64,000 bases of DNA from Eledone cirrhosa (taxonomy: Eukaryota): the NCBI GenBank assembly GCA_964016885.1, contig CAXHJY010001226.1, positions 34,028 to 98,027 of the forward strand, written 5' to 3'. Positions 25,290 through 38,800 of the stretch are shown one piece after another. Within the stretch, counting starts at the first letter, position 1, and each line of letters begins with the position of its first letter. A program made the position numbers and the translations under genes. A model generated the notes under the pieces. That model was not told where the DNA came from, made no database searches, and was given only the letters and a program-made list of their open reading frames with translations.

Positions 25290-26801
25290 CGCTGCATAGG
25301 AAAATACCCGGTGCTACCGGAGGTTTATATAGAGATGACATGCTTTTACTTATTGAAAATAATAACTCTGAACTAAATAGAAAAAGAAAACAAATTACAC
25401 AATTTTTTAATTACTTTAATCTAAAAATAGAAATTGAGAATAACCATAGAATAGTCAATTTCCTAGATGTAACATTAAATCTCAACACGTGTCTTCACTA
25501 TCCATTTCACAAGTTGAATGAAAACTTAAACTATGTCAGTTTTAACTCTAACCACCCCAGATCTGTTAAAAATACTATAGTGAACTCTGTTCAAAAACGT
25601 ATCTCTAGAATCTCATCTAATAAAAAGATTTTCGACGAAAAAGCCCAGTATTACAATGAAGCGTTAGCTAGAGCAGGATATAGTGATAAAATTATGTACA
25701 TAGATAATTGTTTCTACTTTTGGCACAAGGCCAGCAATTACGCAGTACATTACTGGTACTTTATTTTATCGACCCCATAAGGATGAAAGGCAAAGTTAAC
25801 CTCGGCGGGATTTGAACACAGACCGTAAAGGGACGTAACTATGCTGGAAAGCACGGCGTCCGACTCTCTACTGATACTGCCAATCCACCGCCCTATTTTG
25901 GTGGATGAGTAAGTTAATTTTATAGTATGTCTATTGAAAATTGAGTGATACCTATGTGTTCTAGGGAAGCGGTTAGTTTGTCTATTATTATGTACATAGA
26001 TAATAATAGACAAACTAACCAAAATAACAACAATTTTAATTACGGCAACAACTTTAACAACTATAATAGAAAGCATTACAATAATTCCAAAAGCCAAAAA
26101 AGAAATAGAACTAGGAATATAATATGGTTTGCCCCCCCCCCCCCCCCTTCTCACTAAACATTAAAACCCACATCGCTAAACTATTTTTTAATGCTCTTGA
26201 TAATCGCTTCCCTAGAACACATAGGTATCACTCAATTTTCAATAGACATACTATAAAATTAACTTACTCATCCACCAAAAATTTAGCACAAAATATTAAT
26301 AGAATAAATAATAGGAATTTAAAACCTAGCCAAAATACCGATAATAGCATAAATAATATCCAAGTAAACAAATGTAACTGTAGAGATAGATCTAAATGTC
26401 CGTTAAATAACAATTGCTTAGTTAAAAATATAATATACAACTGTAATGTTAAAACGGACTTAAATTCTTTTAACTATGTTGGTTCCACCTCGACAAAATT
26501 TAAACTTCGCTATAATAACCACAAGAATTCTTTCACAGATCCAAGCAAAAAATCTTCAACATCACTATCAGGCTTACTCTGGCAACTTAAGCATGATAAC
26601 GTTGGATATTCAACGGCTTGGAATATAGTCTCAAGAGGGATTCCTTTTAATTCATCCTCTGAGACATGTGACCTCTGCGCGGAGGAGATATTCTTTATAC
26701 TAAAATTTAAAAATTCCCTTAATTTACGGACAAATTTATTCAGTTGCTGCAGACATAGATTGAACTCAACTTTTAAATATAAATATAAATTTAAAATGTA
26801 G
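25290..26801 (+). pseudogene. Penelope-like RT C-terminus (GLYRDD, VNFLDV, SNHP) + GIY-YIG, interrupted by SINE
   Basis: Frame of 25340 extends upstream to GGLYRDD; resumes after insertion at ~25987; poly-C frameshift at ~26132. Confidence 0.88.
25705..25893 (-). mobile_element. tRNA-derived SINE inserted in Penelope RT with 18-bp target-site duplication
   Basis: Family match to 52493-52690; attatgtacatagataat at 25691-25708 and 25987-26004. Confidence 0.9.
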
Positions 26802-28212
26802 TATATTTACTTATGATTTATAATTATTTATGAAACTCGCCGATAAATCTTTCGATTTCTTTTTTTTAAACATTCTTCATGAATAATTAAACTACCCTAA
26901 AAGCTGATGCTCCAAATATATCGAATAAATTTTACACCAGATAAACTTCTATAATAAATATAAGACCATCTGTAGATCAAATGGGTATCCTAAACTTTTA
27001 GAATGATTTCTGCTAGACAGGATTTGGTAAATAATTTTGGTTTTGTTTGCTTTTGATTCTGATGCTTATAATGAACTTGGCAATATATTGTCAATTAATT
27101 TTGAAGGGTTGATCTCTGTGATTGATTTGCGGGGCATACTGTGTTTTATTTTTAATATTTTTTAATTTTTTGATATTTTTATTGATATATTGATATCTGT
27201 TGTCTATTTATACTTGAACGATAATCATGTAGAGTAAAGACAAGAATAGTATTGTTAAAATTAATGTAGATTCTATATATATTTGTGTGTATGTACACAT
27301 ATATGTATACTAGAATTTTTATAGCACAATGAGAATGTTTTCATGTGAAATAGGAATTTGCAGAGTTGATCACGTAAATTCACATGGAAGTCTATAGTAT
27401 CGAATCTGGGATAACCTTCTATTTTCTTTTTCTTTTTCTCTTTTTTTTTTTTTCTTTTTTCATGAAAGTGCATATATACTTATGTATTTCAATTTTTTTT
27501 AAAGTTTTTAATCTCAGTTTTTTATCTCAGTTTTTTTATCTCAGTTTTTTTAATCTCAGCTCTGATATAAACCTAGGAATTTTAAACTAGACATATGATC
27601 ATTATTTTTCACACATTATTGATACGTGCCTCATTCATGAATACTGATATTTACATTATAATACCTAATTCATATGAATTGATATTTTTACATTGATGAA
27701 ACATAATGTTTTAAATCTGCCTCGTTTATCTCTGGATATTTTTCTTTTCTCTCTATGTAACGGCTGTTTTCTCTCCTAACCACATATATCTCTCTCTACC
27801 TTAATACTAGAACTAAATAAATAAATAAATAAATAAATATATCATTGATACGCCATTCAACTGGTGCCCAACTACCTATTTTCTTTCTCTCTATCTCTAT
27901 CTATATCTATTTCTCTCTCTATTTTTTCTCTCTCTCTTTTCTCTCTCTCTCTCTATCTATCTCCCTCTGTGTTTTTTCTCTCTCTATCTATCTATCTCTG
28001 TTTCTTTACATGAATTTCTTCTCTCTATCTATCTCTCTATATCTATCTCTCTCTATTTAGTTGCATGCATTTCTTCTTTTTCTTCGTTTTTTCTTTCTTT
28101 CTTTCTTTTTATAACTGTCCCTAACATTTTTCACTACCAAATCAACTTTTTAAATGGAAGTTGAAGTCGTAAGGTATGTCAAATCTATCTATTTATAAGA
28201 CTGTTTATATTG

Positions 28213-28278
28213 TATTTTGTCTGAAGAAGGCATACCATATTTTTAATATGATATCCCTGAAATATATATAATGAAATA
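28213..28278 (+). ncRNA. Hammerhead ribozyme motif (right arm, Penelope 3' end)
   Basis: CTGAAGA-agg..catat tttta atatg..cct-GAA-ATATAT-A, followed by AATAAA; stem I imperfect. Confidence 0.65.
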
Positions 28279-28855
28279 AATATGGTTTTATAAATATAGT
28301 TTCCATTTATTTAATATCGTAAATATACTCCAAATACTTGTTGAGTGCTTTTATATCAGTTATAAATATTTACTCGTTGTAACCCAACAATTTAAATAAA
28401 ACTTTGCATATATATATATATATATATGTACACACTGACCTGTAACCGTTTTTTAGAGTGGACAACATAGTCCAATTAAAAATAGGTAGTTTACCAAATA
28501 ACTGTTTACAAGAAAGTGGCCATAAAATTAATGAATATCTTAAATTTCTAAGATAAAAATATTTCATAAATTATCCAGTCAAGCTGGATGGGAATGGTTA
28601 TGTTTACCAAATAAATGGTAAACCTAACTTAATTTTATTGCTTATTATATCTACAGTGTTAGTTCTATATATTTACATTAATATATTTAGACTGTCCCTT
28701 GAGGTTAAGTGGTGTAACCCCAAGCTACAGTTGCTTGGTTGATAAGTCACTTCACCAGTCAGTGTCTGTGTACAGTGGGTAGTTGTTGTTCGCTGGGTTT
28801 CAGTTTACCAGTGCTAGTGTTAAATGACTGTAGCTGTTGAGTGATTCCACTAACC

Positions 28856-29200
28856 TTAACCCTTTCAATATCAAACTACCCAAAAATTTGTCCCTGGCAC
28901 TATAGCACAAAATTGTTTATTTTAAAATGTTTATATTTATCTAAAAACATTGTATTATAATTTTATGTAAGAACCTTTGTTAAAATATGTTACAAAAACC
29001 AGTTTAATTTTTAACATGATGTTATTCATGAAACCACATGAGCAAGACATTCTTATAAAGTACACCACAACAAACTACCCACTAGTAAAGATACTATAAA
29101 CATTTGAATTAAATCCATATTAAGATATTTTCTGCTAAATCATTACAGGATATTAAGTAAGCAGTGTTTTTCATTAGAAATATAGTAATGAAAGGGTTAA
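28856..29200. mobile_element. piggyBac-like MITE
   Basis: TTAA-ccctttca ... tgaaaggg-TTAA termini. Confidence 0.7.
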
Positions 29201-29424
29201 GTCAAGCTGACACCAGGTGTACTATCTCTTAAGAACCATTCTTCAAGCATTTTCCTATCTGTATATTGTACCATGTAGCAACTGATTATGTAAGGTCTAT
29301 GTCAGAGTATGCTATATCCACGTAGCTATTTATGCTCATATATATAATGTCTGAATTTTTTTTGTAGTTGACTTGTTTTTAGCAGACTTGATTTAACAAC
29401 AGTTGAACTGTGTTGAAGTTTTGT

Positions 29425-29660
29425 TTAACTCTTTTGATACCAAGCCACACAAAGCCACCCTTGCTTTTACAATACAAAACTGTTTGTTTTAAAGTGTTTA
29501 TATCTATCTAAAAACCTTCCATCATAATTTTATCTAAGAACATTTGTTCAATCATGCTCCAAACACCAACTTACTAACAAGAAAGCTAAAATCTTGGTTA
29601 TTTTCAAATTTTTTTGAAAAACAGTGCCTTTAATTAGTTATATGGTAATGAAAGGGTTAA
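29425..29660. mobile_element. piggyBac-like MITE (same family)
   Basis: ttaactcttttgatac ... gaaagggttaa. Confidence 0.65.
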
Positions 29661-29801
29661 TTAGCTGATATTTTCATATTCCTGTTGGTGCTGAGATAAA
29701 ACTGTTGAGGGTTGTTTTACAAGTCATAAGTTAAAATCCACTTTAAGTATTTTGTTTCCATGACTATAAATGAAAGCTCTTTGAAATGGTTGGTTTTGTT
29801 T

Positions 29802-29998
29802 TACAAGGGTCGGCTGAAAAGTTCATTGGCTCACTATGAATGTGTGATGCTAGAGCTGTGAAATCTTTCATGCATTACTTTCAACTCTTCTTAATAGCAG
29901 CATTGTTTCTTTCCAAGGACTGTGTTGAAAAATAAACCTTATTTGGTCATTCCATGAGAGTATCTTGGTCAACCTATGAACGTTGCAGCCAACCCTCT
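29802..29998. mobile_element. mariner-like MITE
   Basis: Imperfect TIRs: ta-caagggtcggctgaaaagttcat / atgaacgttgcagccaaccctc. Confidence 0.55.
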
Positions 29999-30900
29999 GA
30001 AGGGTTAAAATGGTAAGCTGATTTGAGAAGATTTGGGTACTATTTCTAGTAAATCAAACAATTATGTAGATGTTTCCTTATTGGCTCATAAATAAGTGAG
30101 GTACATATGTAGGAGGTGAGGTTAGCCAGTACTATATTGGTCTCAAGAGAAAATAGGAAGTAGGGTCACCACAGTTCAGCTCTGGGGTTTAATTTCTAAT
30201 TTCACTTTTCTCAGTTTATCGACTGGAAAATGTCAGTCGGAAAAAAAAGATTTGAACAACTTACTAAGGGACAAACAGACTTCTTCCCATACTTACTATA
30301 GATTTTATTGGAAGAGGAGAGGAGAAGAAAAATGAGAAGAGGTGTCATTCATCAACCCACTAATATTATAATGAGTAGAGAAATCTGAATGAGACATACT
30401 GCTTGTAAAGGTTTACACAAAGAGAGCAGGTATTTGAGCAGGCAATTGTGTGTGTATGCATGCCAGTGCATGTGTGTATACATGCCTGTGTGTGTGTGTG
30501 GAGGTGATAAGGGTTGGGTAAAGTTCCTTCAGGAATTCAGTTGACATTTCCAGAGAGTGTTGAAAAGGGTGATGTACAAACAAGCAAAAGTGGAGGCAAT
30601 GTAAAGCCAACATTAAATATGGTGTAATTAGAGAAGTGGCCTCCTCTGATTCACACCCAACAAATTATTAGGAATACATTCACAATTTTTAAATGTTTCT
30701 TTGGTTTATTTCTCCTTGCCTCTCTCTTTCTTTTCTTCTTAAATATCTTTTTTTTTTGTCATACAAACAGCTTTAAATGACCAAATAACTCAGATATGTG
30801 TAATATATATATATATGTAGATTCCTGAGTTGTATCAGGGAGTAACCACAGTTTAAAAAGGTACTTAATACATTGGTAGAGTATAGGTATCTTTATTATA

Positions 30901-31016
30901 TATATAGAAATTACTTCCACAGGTCTAGAATTGTTTCACCCATGTGAAATCATCAGGAATTCCTGATGATTTCATACAAATGACAGTTTTAGTCCTGTAG
31001 AAGTAATTTCTATATA
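30901..31016. repeat. Imperfect palindrome of two head-to-head hammerhead motifs
   Basis: Centre GAATTC at 30957-30962; TTC-CTGATGA read outward on each strand. Confidence 0.75.
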
Positions 31017-31044
31017 TATATATATATATAATAAAGATATATAC

Positions 31045-31097
<53 letters not shown>

Positions 31098-31407
31098 GAG
31101 CATTGGGATTGCAATCGAAAGGTTGTGAGTTCAATTCTCAGACCGGGTGATGTGTTGTGTCCTTGAGCAAGACACTTTATTTCACATTACTCCAGTTTAC
31201 TCAGCTGTAGAAATGAGATAATAGGACTGGGGTCCCTATCATTCCACTGCAAAGTGGTCATGCAGGCGCCACGGAAAAAAAGCACCCAGCACTCACTGTA
31301 AATGAGGTTGGTGTTAGGAAGGGCATCCAGCTGTAGAAATCAAGCCAGAATCAGTTCCCGTCCCACCCTTGCAAGCAGAGAAAAGCGGACGTAAAATGAT
31401 GATGATA
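31098..31407 (+). mobile_element. SINE: tRNA/CORE-like head with RTE-B-like tail
   Basis: gagttcaattc B-box, gtgtccttgagcaagacac, then sequence nearly identical to the RTE-B 3' UTR and (GAT)n. Confidence 0.7.
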
Positions 31408-32047
31408 TATATATATGTATATATCATCATCATCGTTTAATGTCCATTCTTCCATGGATTAAATGGGTTTTCCCATTTGAGGCAAATCAGATCAGATGAC
31501 TGTCTTACTCACACAGTACTGTCTGGCTTGGTTTCTATGGCTGGATGCCCTTCCTAACACCAACTACATTTACAGTGTAGACAGTGTGCTTTTTGTCATG
31601 ACAGCTACATGACACTTTACTGTGTGTACTGGATGTTTTTTTGTGATTATACCAACATGACCATTTTACAGTGTGGACTGGCAGTTTTTGATGTGGCACC
31701 AAAACGACCGCTTTAGAGTGTTGAGTATAAGTTCATTCTCTCTCATCTTGAAATGTGACAACCTGTCCAACTGATAGCAGCATGGGAAACGAATGTAAAG
31801 TAATGTCATTGATGATTCACACACTTATCACATTAAATATACTCTCTCTATGTATATATGTATATATCTCGGTATGGTGAACTAACTATATATGTATATA
31901 TATATATATATGTGTGTGTGTGTGCATATATATGTTGTACTGCACCTGAGCACTGTACACATTATTATTATTATCATTACATATATATAGAGAGAGAATT
32001 TAATTTAGGAAAAAAGAACAAAGATTACCATTCAAATCATTTTATTA

Positions 32048-32173
32048 ATTTCAACATCTGTTTCGGTTCAACGAAATGTAATTGCAAACATCAATAATAA
32101 TTTGCAGATTAATAAATTAATTAATTAAATCAACAACCATTGCAATCACATATCACAAATCTCTTCAGGAAAC
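32048..32173 (-). ncRNA. Hammerhead-like motif with ~95-nt AT-rich stem II region
   Basis: Minus: GTTTC-CTGAAGA-...-GAA-AC agat GT-T-GAAAT, then AATAAA. Confidence 0.55.
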
Positions 32174-35100
32174 AAATATCAGATTTAGGGAATGCATGTC
32201 CCAAAATACCAGGTAAACCCATGTCATAGCTGACATGGGTTTGTACTCAATGTGCACACCTAAGCAATATATTTTGTGGAACAGCAGTCACCTGTACATA
32301 CAAGTCACTGCTTTTCATGTTGAAAATAAAAGATAAAGGCCAACTCAGACTGCCATAATGCAAAGGACTAAAAAGATACCATTCTAACAATTCCACCAAC
32401 TCACCATCCTAAACTGGTACCTTAACAACCCCAAACAGATGAAAGCAATGTTGATCATGGCAAGATTTGAACTTTGAGCACAGAGAACCAGAACAAATAC
32501 TAAAATGCACCTTTATCTGGTACTCTTAACTTTACCACATTAAACAGTCTACACACACACACACACACACACGAAGGCCTTTGATCATAGGTCTGCTCTA
32601 TCAGTGATAACCTAGAAACCAAGAACAGAACAACAATAATTGAGTAAGTGTGTGTGTGCAGGAATATATATATATAAGGAATGTGGTGAGTTGAGAGATA
32701 CTGTGCTTAGAAGGACCTGTCCAACCCATGAAGGTGTGGAAAAACAGACACATACAAATAAGGATATAGACACACACACACTCACATATATGTACATTAA
32801 GTTGTACATCTGTAAATAATACTGTTTATGTGTAGTGGGTTAAGAAATACCTGATCCACCCCAAACAAACACCAAGGAGCATCTTTGTTGTTAACAGACT
32901 TACTAGGAATAACACACAAATGTCTCTTAAATTATATCAGCCTATCTTTAAAATGAATGACATAACATTAGATCATGTAGTCATTGATATACTATATCTG
33001 CACAACAGATAGGATGGTCACAGCTGGAAAGTATGTTGGCTGGATCAGGCTGAACCTGGTCTAAAAAAAACAACCGTCACTGGATAATAATAGTGTAACC
33101 AGCAATAGCGACATCTGTTGCAAGACAATACTGATTATGAAACAGTTTTTAACCTAATCTCACATGACAAATATCATTTACACATCTGTTCCTCTATGAT
33201 AGCATAGGGTTGCACAAGCCGAGCTTTCAACACATTTATCTTATATCTATCTTCCTTTTCTTTTGTAATGCCTAGCATTCAATAGTGGATGTTCTATTAT
33301 CTAGGATTTAGACACATTATTTCAAAACTGAATGTATCATCTTCCAAAGTCTCATTGAAAGTGTGAAATTACTTTAAAAAACTGTTTCAAAACTGGACAT
33401 AGCATTATCTAATGATCCTTTGAAAAAGGAGTGAAGTGATTTGAAGAAATATTATTGCAATACTGAACACACTATTATGCAGGATTTAAACAAACATTAT
33501 CTTAAAACTGGGGTTTGGGAGGTAGAGATGTCTGGCTGAGGCATCCTAAAAGGTGGAAAGGTATACTGGTTCTCAACTGACTCTCACTGTCCGAGACAAT
33601 ATTTCAGCCACACCAAGGTAACTGTTTTTGCTGGTAGGCTAAACTTAGGAACTGAATATATTGATGGTCAGCATCAAACATTTCTAAGACTCACTGAAAT
33701 GCTATGATGGACAAACAGTCAAACATCTAGATCCCCCACTTCCTAATGACTGGCTGCTCCAGTTACAAGAACTTGATAGGTTGACTGACTAGTATTTTAA
33801 GATCTGACCTCACCACTCCTTCAAAGATCTTGATCTATCTCTACATCAGATACTCTCCTCTATCAACTTTTCTTCTTTAGTTCCTTTTGCTCCTTATGGA
33901 GCATTCAGTGATGAGTGATCTCTATTCCACACAATCACATTTACTATATCATCATTAATGTTAGTTATGCATTCCATTGAAAATATTTCCAACAATTCTT
34001 TTATAATTTGAGCTTTTTAATACATAAATATCTCATGCACGCACACACATTTATATGCATGCACACACTTATAGAGGATTGTGAAGGCTCTAGATTTTGA
34101 TTTGCATATTTTTAAATAGGCCTCTCATAATCTCCCTTTAACACAAAAAGAAGAAACCCTTTGTTATCAGCAGTGGTGATTGATCCTGTGTTGGTTTTAA
34201 TTGAGCATTCAGTTGTTCAATCAATTGAATGTACAACTCATGAATTAATATGTAGGTGGTTAAGTATTCCACTGGCAAGTCACTGTAGCTCCCAAGCTAA
34301 ATCAGCATGACAATATACAAGGCTGAACCTTTGAATTATAGGTTTCATCCATCTGATAGGCTTCCACACAGTTTTTGTCTATCCAATTTCACTCACAAGC
34401 CTGGGATTAATCTGAGGTTATAATAAAGACAGTTGCCCAAGATGCCACACGGTAAGATTAAGCCTGGAACCTCAAGATTGTGAAGCAAACTTCTTAACCA
34501 TTAAGCCAAGCATGTGTCCACATCAAGCCATAGTGTTGGACTAGGTAATAACCCAAAATGTCATTGTCTACAACTAAGAGCAAAATGTCTGAACACCCAT
34601 AGTTTTTGTTAGAAATCTTTCCCTGTGGTAACAATCTATCTCAATTGCTCTAAACTTCTTCAGACATCCCACAGCGCCTTGCATGAGCCAAATATTTCTT
34701 GCTACCAACGAAAGCTTTTCCTCCATATTGACTAAGGCTGCTTCCCAAATGGCACTGGGTTTTCCAGCTCTCCCATATGACAAGAAAGAAAAAAGAAAAA
34801 AAATTCAAAAATTCAAAAAGCTAACTATTAAAATGTTAAACAGTAACCAATTTTCAAGTAAGTTACTGCAACAGTTTTGGTTTGTTTTTTTTTTTTCTTT
34901 TTGTTTTGTTTTTATTACTTCAGCTTTATAATAACAGTTTCATATAAAACCAGTTCAGCTAAACAAAATTACAAATTAAATCAATATGAGAGACTGTTTC
35001 ATTTTTTAAATTATTATTATTATTAATCTTTCTGTGTTTGTGGGTGGGGGTGGGGGAAAATGTCTGCTACCTATCATATACTGCCCCCACCACCACCACA

Positions 35101-35879
35101 CATGGTTATCTCCAGCCTTACATTGCATCACCACCATATATTATAGGACTAACCCTCGCCTTAAACTGCACCACCACCACCATCACACATGGAAAACTGC
35201 TGCCTTACACTGCCCCCACTCCACCATTATATGGCAACCAAGTTGAGAAACAAAAATGGATATAAGAAAAATCTGATGTGTGCAAAAGGGAAGATTGCAC
35301 TGATACAGACATGTAATGTGTATGGAGGATGACAGATGGGTAAAGAAATGCAAAGAGTTCCAAGTGGAAGGAACCGACAAAAGAGGCAGACCAAGGAAGA
35401 CACGGACAAAAGTGATGAAAGCCAATCTGGGGGGGGGGGGGGGGGGGCTGAAACTTACAAAAGAATACAACAGATGGTAAGATGCCATACTGGAAACAAC
35501 TCATTCAACAAGATGTGTAATAATATCCCAAGCAAGCTGACAGAGAAACACTTCATATGTAACAGATTAAATGGAGTAGTTGCACATTAAGAGTAATTGG
35601 GAAATGAATTATTTCCTCTAATCGACAGTTCATTGGAAATAGATGATAGTTTCTATTAATCCAGATACCTAATCAGCAATGGAGATGGATGTGTTATGAA
35701 AACATACTCTGCAGGATGTGCCAAGTTAATTAATGTGCCCGAATGACACAGCACAAATCAGCTAAAAGAAAAAATGATCACATCAGAGGAGACAGTTGTG
35801 TTGAGCAAAAGATAACATTGTGTTGGTATAGCCACGTAATGTATATGAACGATAACAATTGGGTGAAGAAGTGCTAAGT

Positions 35880-36243
35880 CAGGGGTTCTCAACCTTTTCT
35901 TGTGTGATTGCCCACTTTCATGTGGAAAATTTTTCCACTGCCCTCCTATATAGTAAATATTCAAAAGCATACCAAAAATGTTTGATAAAAGTTTGTTACT
36001 GGCTCATTATTCCCATTTAGCCTCCTGTTTTTATTTATTTATTTTTAGAGAGATTCTTTGTATATATCCTTTAAATATTTTTGTTGGGGTAGCATATATT
36101 GAAATACCATCTTAATATTCCAAATCCTATATCATCCACCAAAATTTCCAATTGCACACCATTTTCTGTTCAGTTACTCATCGTCCAGCCAACAGTTGAA
36201 ATCGCCCACCAGTGGGCAATATCGCTGAGGTTGGGAAACCCTG
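35880..36243. mobile_element. hAT/Charlie-like MITE
   Basis: caggggttctcaacct ... aggttgggaaaccctg termini; no clean 8-bp TSD. Confidence 0.55.
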
Positions 36244-37313
36244 TGTCTGATATGAAGAAGATGGACTTCATACACACACACGTAACTGTCTACTATACTA
36301 TGAATATAGACATCAGCAGCTTAACAGTGTTCTTCAGATTTTAAGTAGTTTGTCCAAATGTACACACCTTAACTCTCATAACAAGAGAGCCACTACACAG
36401 TCAGTCAACCAGCTAAAACACGCAGTCAAATTTCACTCAAACAACACCCTTTTGCCTTTAAAAAGGAAGACAATTAGGGTAATTTAATTAAGGATTTACA
36501 AAAAAGTTGATTGATCATGTCTGGAGTGCTTTTGATCCGGGCTGACCTAAAATTAGGTAACAACAAAAACACCATACAGCCCAGTACAGTGTTCTTCAGA
36601 TATGAAGTATTTTATTGAAAGACCTTCAAATGTTTTCATAAAAATCCTCTATATTATTCCATATACAATACATACATTTATATGTATATCACTATATCGG
36701 AGCACCAATACAAATTTTTAATTTAAGCCTGGCTGGCTACCGCTCTGTATGCAAATGAATTTCATCAGCTCATAAACATGGGCTGAATTCTCTAAGATTC
36801 TAGCTTACATTAGCCTCAGGGAGAAATGTAGTCTCAATAAACCCTAATAAGCGAGAAACGCGTCAATTACTTCCTCCTATTTTGGTGTGTGATGATAGTT
36901 ACAACCTTAAAAATTGATCAAATGTTTTTCATATTATTCAATATACAGTACATACACATAATCTTAACTCACACTGATATAATACAGTACTAAGTTACCA
37001 ACAACAATGTCACACTATTATAACACAATACTAAGTAACTGAATACAATGTCTGACTGCTTCAATTTTTATTTATTTTTTATTGCTGTTTTTTTTTTTTT
37101 TTTTTCCAGGTATAAATTATGTTCATGCCTTTAGTTATATGGACTGGGAAGTAAATAAAAAATAGATTAAAATTTTCTTAAGTCCATTAATCATCCAGGT
37201 ACAATGTAAAGTCGAAAAAGCATGCAGCCTAAATAACAATATCAATGTACAATTTATAGAGGAGGGCAAATGTATAAAAGCTGCAGATTCCAGGTCACAT
37301 TATTATTGTATCT

Positions 37314-37421
37314 CGCCGAGGTTAACTTTGCCTTTCATCCTTACGGGGTCGATAAAATAAAGTACCAGTAATGCGCTGGGATAATTGCTGGCCTTGTGCC
37401 AAAAGTAGAAACAATTATTAT
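37314..37421 (+). mobile_element. 5'-truncated SINE (Nin/Deu-like family)
   Basis: cgccgaggttaactttgcc...gtagaaacaattatt. Confidence 0.8.
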
Positions 37422-37446
37422 TGTATGTTGTGTTTTTAACATTTCA

Positions 37447-37690
37447 CCAAACACAATCACATACTGTCATCTACATTGATACCACCCAGGGCCCCAAACA
37501 CAACCCCATACTGTCAACTACATTGATACCACCCAGGGCCCCAAACACAACCCCATACTGTCAACAACATTGATACCCCCCAGGGCCCCAAACACAATCA
37601 CATACTGTCAACTACAATGTTAACACTCTCCCCCACTCCACCCCCACACTGGACTCCAAACAACCACATACTGTCAACTACACTATTACC
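37447..37690. repeat. 47-bp minisatellite, about 4-5 copies
   Basis: ccaaacacaa(t/c)c(a/c)catactgtca.ctacattgataccacccagggcc at 37447, 37494, 37541, 37588, then degenerate. Confidence 0.9.
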
Positions 37691-38766
37691 CCCCCCCCCC
37701 CTTCTCCCAATCATCCTAAATAAGTTAGATTACTATATATAATTCTGCTCTCACAGAAACTTAAGTCTTATCCAACAACTGACTCAATAGGTATTGTAGG
37801 TGGCATTGGTAGCTATAATAGTATAATTATAGTAGAAAAGTAATAATATACATAGAGTTTCCCTTTGTAAACTTTAGGTCAAATATTGGGTTAAATACAT
37901 CTGCTTATGTAGAATCCTAAAAATACACATCACTTGCTCTCAGATAGATACAAAAATTATTAGTAATGTATAATCAACTGTGTGTGCGTGTGTGTTAGTG
38001 TGAGTGCATGTCGCCTATAGTTTGTGTTAGTTAGTGTGTGTGACACCTATTTTCATTGTGCCATGGCCCTCATTTCTTTTCTATAACTTCCAACTAGAAA
38101 TAGATTGGACTCTATTAACTCTTCTCCTGCAGTAATTCAAATGCTTACTTGTGGACAGATTGTTGTGCTAATTTGCAATATTAGATAGAGTAAACACTTT
38201 AATTTTTAATGTGGCACCATCATAGTGTTCTTTTATACTTTTCAAGAATGTCTTGCTCATGTGGTTTGATGTGGGTACAGAATGTTAGGAGTTAAGAATG
38301 CTGAAATTACAGAGACAATATCAGGTCTAACCTTTGTTTACCAACCATTGTATTGTGCTTCTTTCCAAGAATTACAATACACTTTGCTGACGACTATATG
38401 GTTATTATGGCTGTAAATTGGCAGAGCCATTAGAACATTAGATAGAATGCTTTGAGGTATTCGTTTCAAATCTGAGTTCAAAACATGCTAGGTTCAACTT
38501 TGCCTTTCAATCATTCAAGGTCGATATTAAAAAAAAAGTACCCGTTTAGTACTGGGTCAATTCTTCCTCCATCTCTCTATCCTATATATATATATATTAA
38601 AATAACAGATTAAAGTTTAAGCAAAGATTCGCTGCTTTCACCCTTAACGGGATCTTCTGAAACTAAAAAAAAATCAATCTGTGAACGCAGAAGTAAATAT
38701 TTCGAAAAACGTTACACACTATATATATATACACACACACACACACTATATATATATATATATATA

Positions 38767-38800
<34 letters not shown>

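Larger units (their letters stand above)
23029..28320. mobile_element. Penelope-like (Naiad-type) element forming a fold-back: arms 23029-25289 and 26056-28320
   Basis: Mirror ORFs on both strands (coordinates sum to 51349); RT fragment in the spacer; hammerhead cores near both outer ends. Confidence 0.93.

Noticed and set aside
26800-26920. SECIS-like ATGA...AAA after the GIY-YIG stop
   Set aside because: No proper 3' GA quartet at the right spacing, and no in-frame TGA.
34574-34783. 69-aa minus ORF as host exon
   Set aside because: Resembles a degraded RTE C-terminus.
36760-36870. GAAACGCGTC on plus and CTGATGA on minus
   Set aside because: The core halves are on opposite strands; no complete hammerhead can be assembled.
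37447-37690. CRISPR-like array (also 56905-57166)
   Set aside because: Tandem units with no unique spacers, no cas genes, eukaryotic context.
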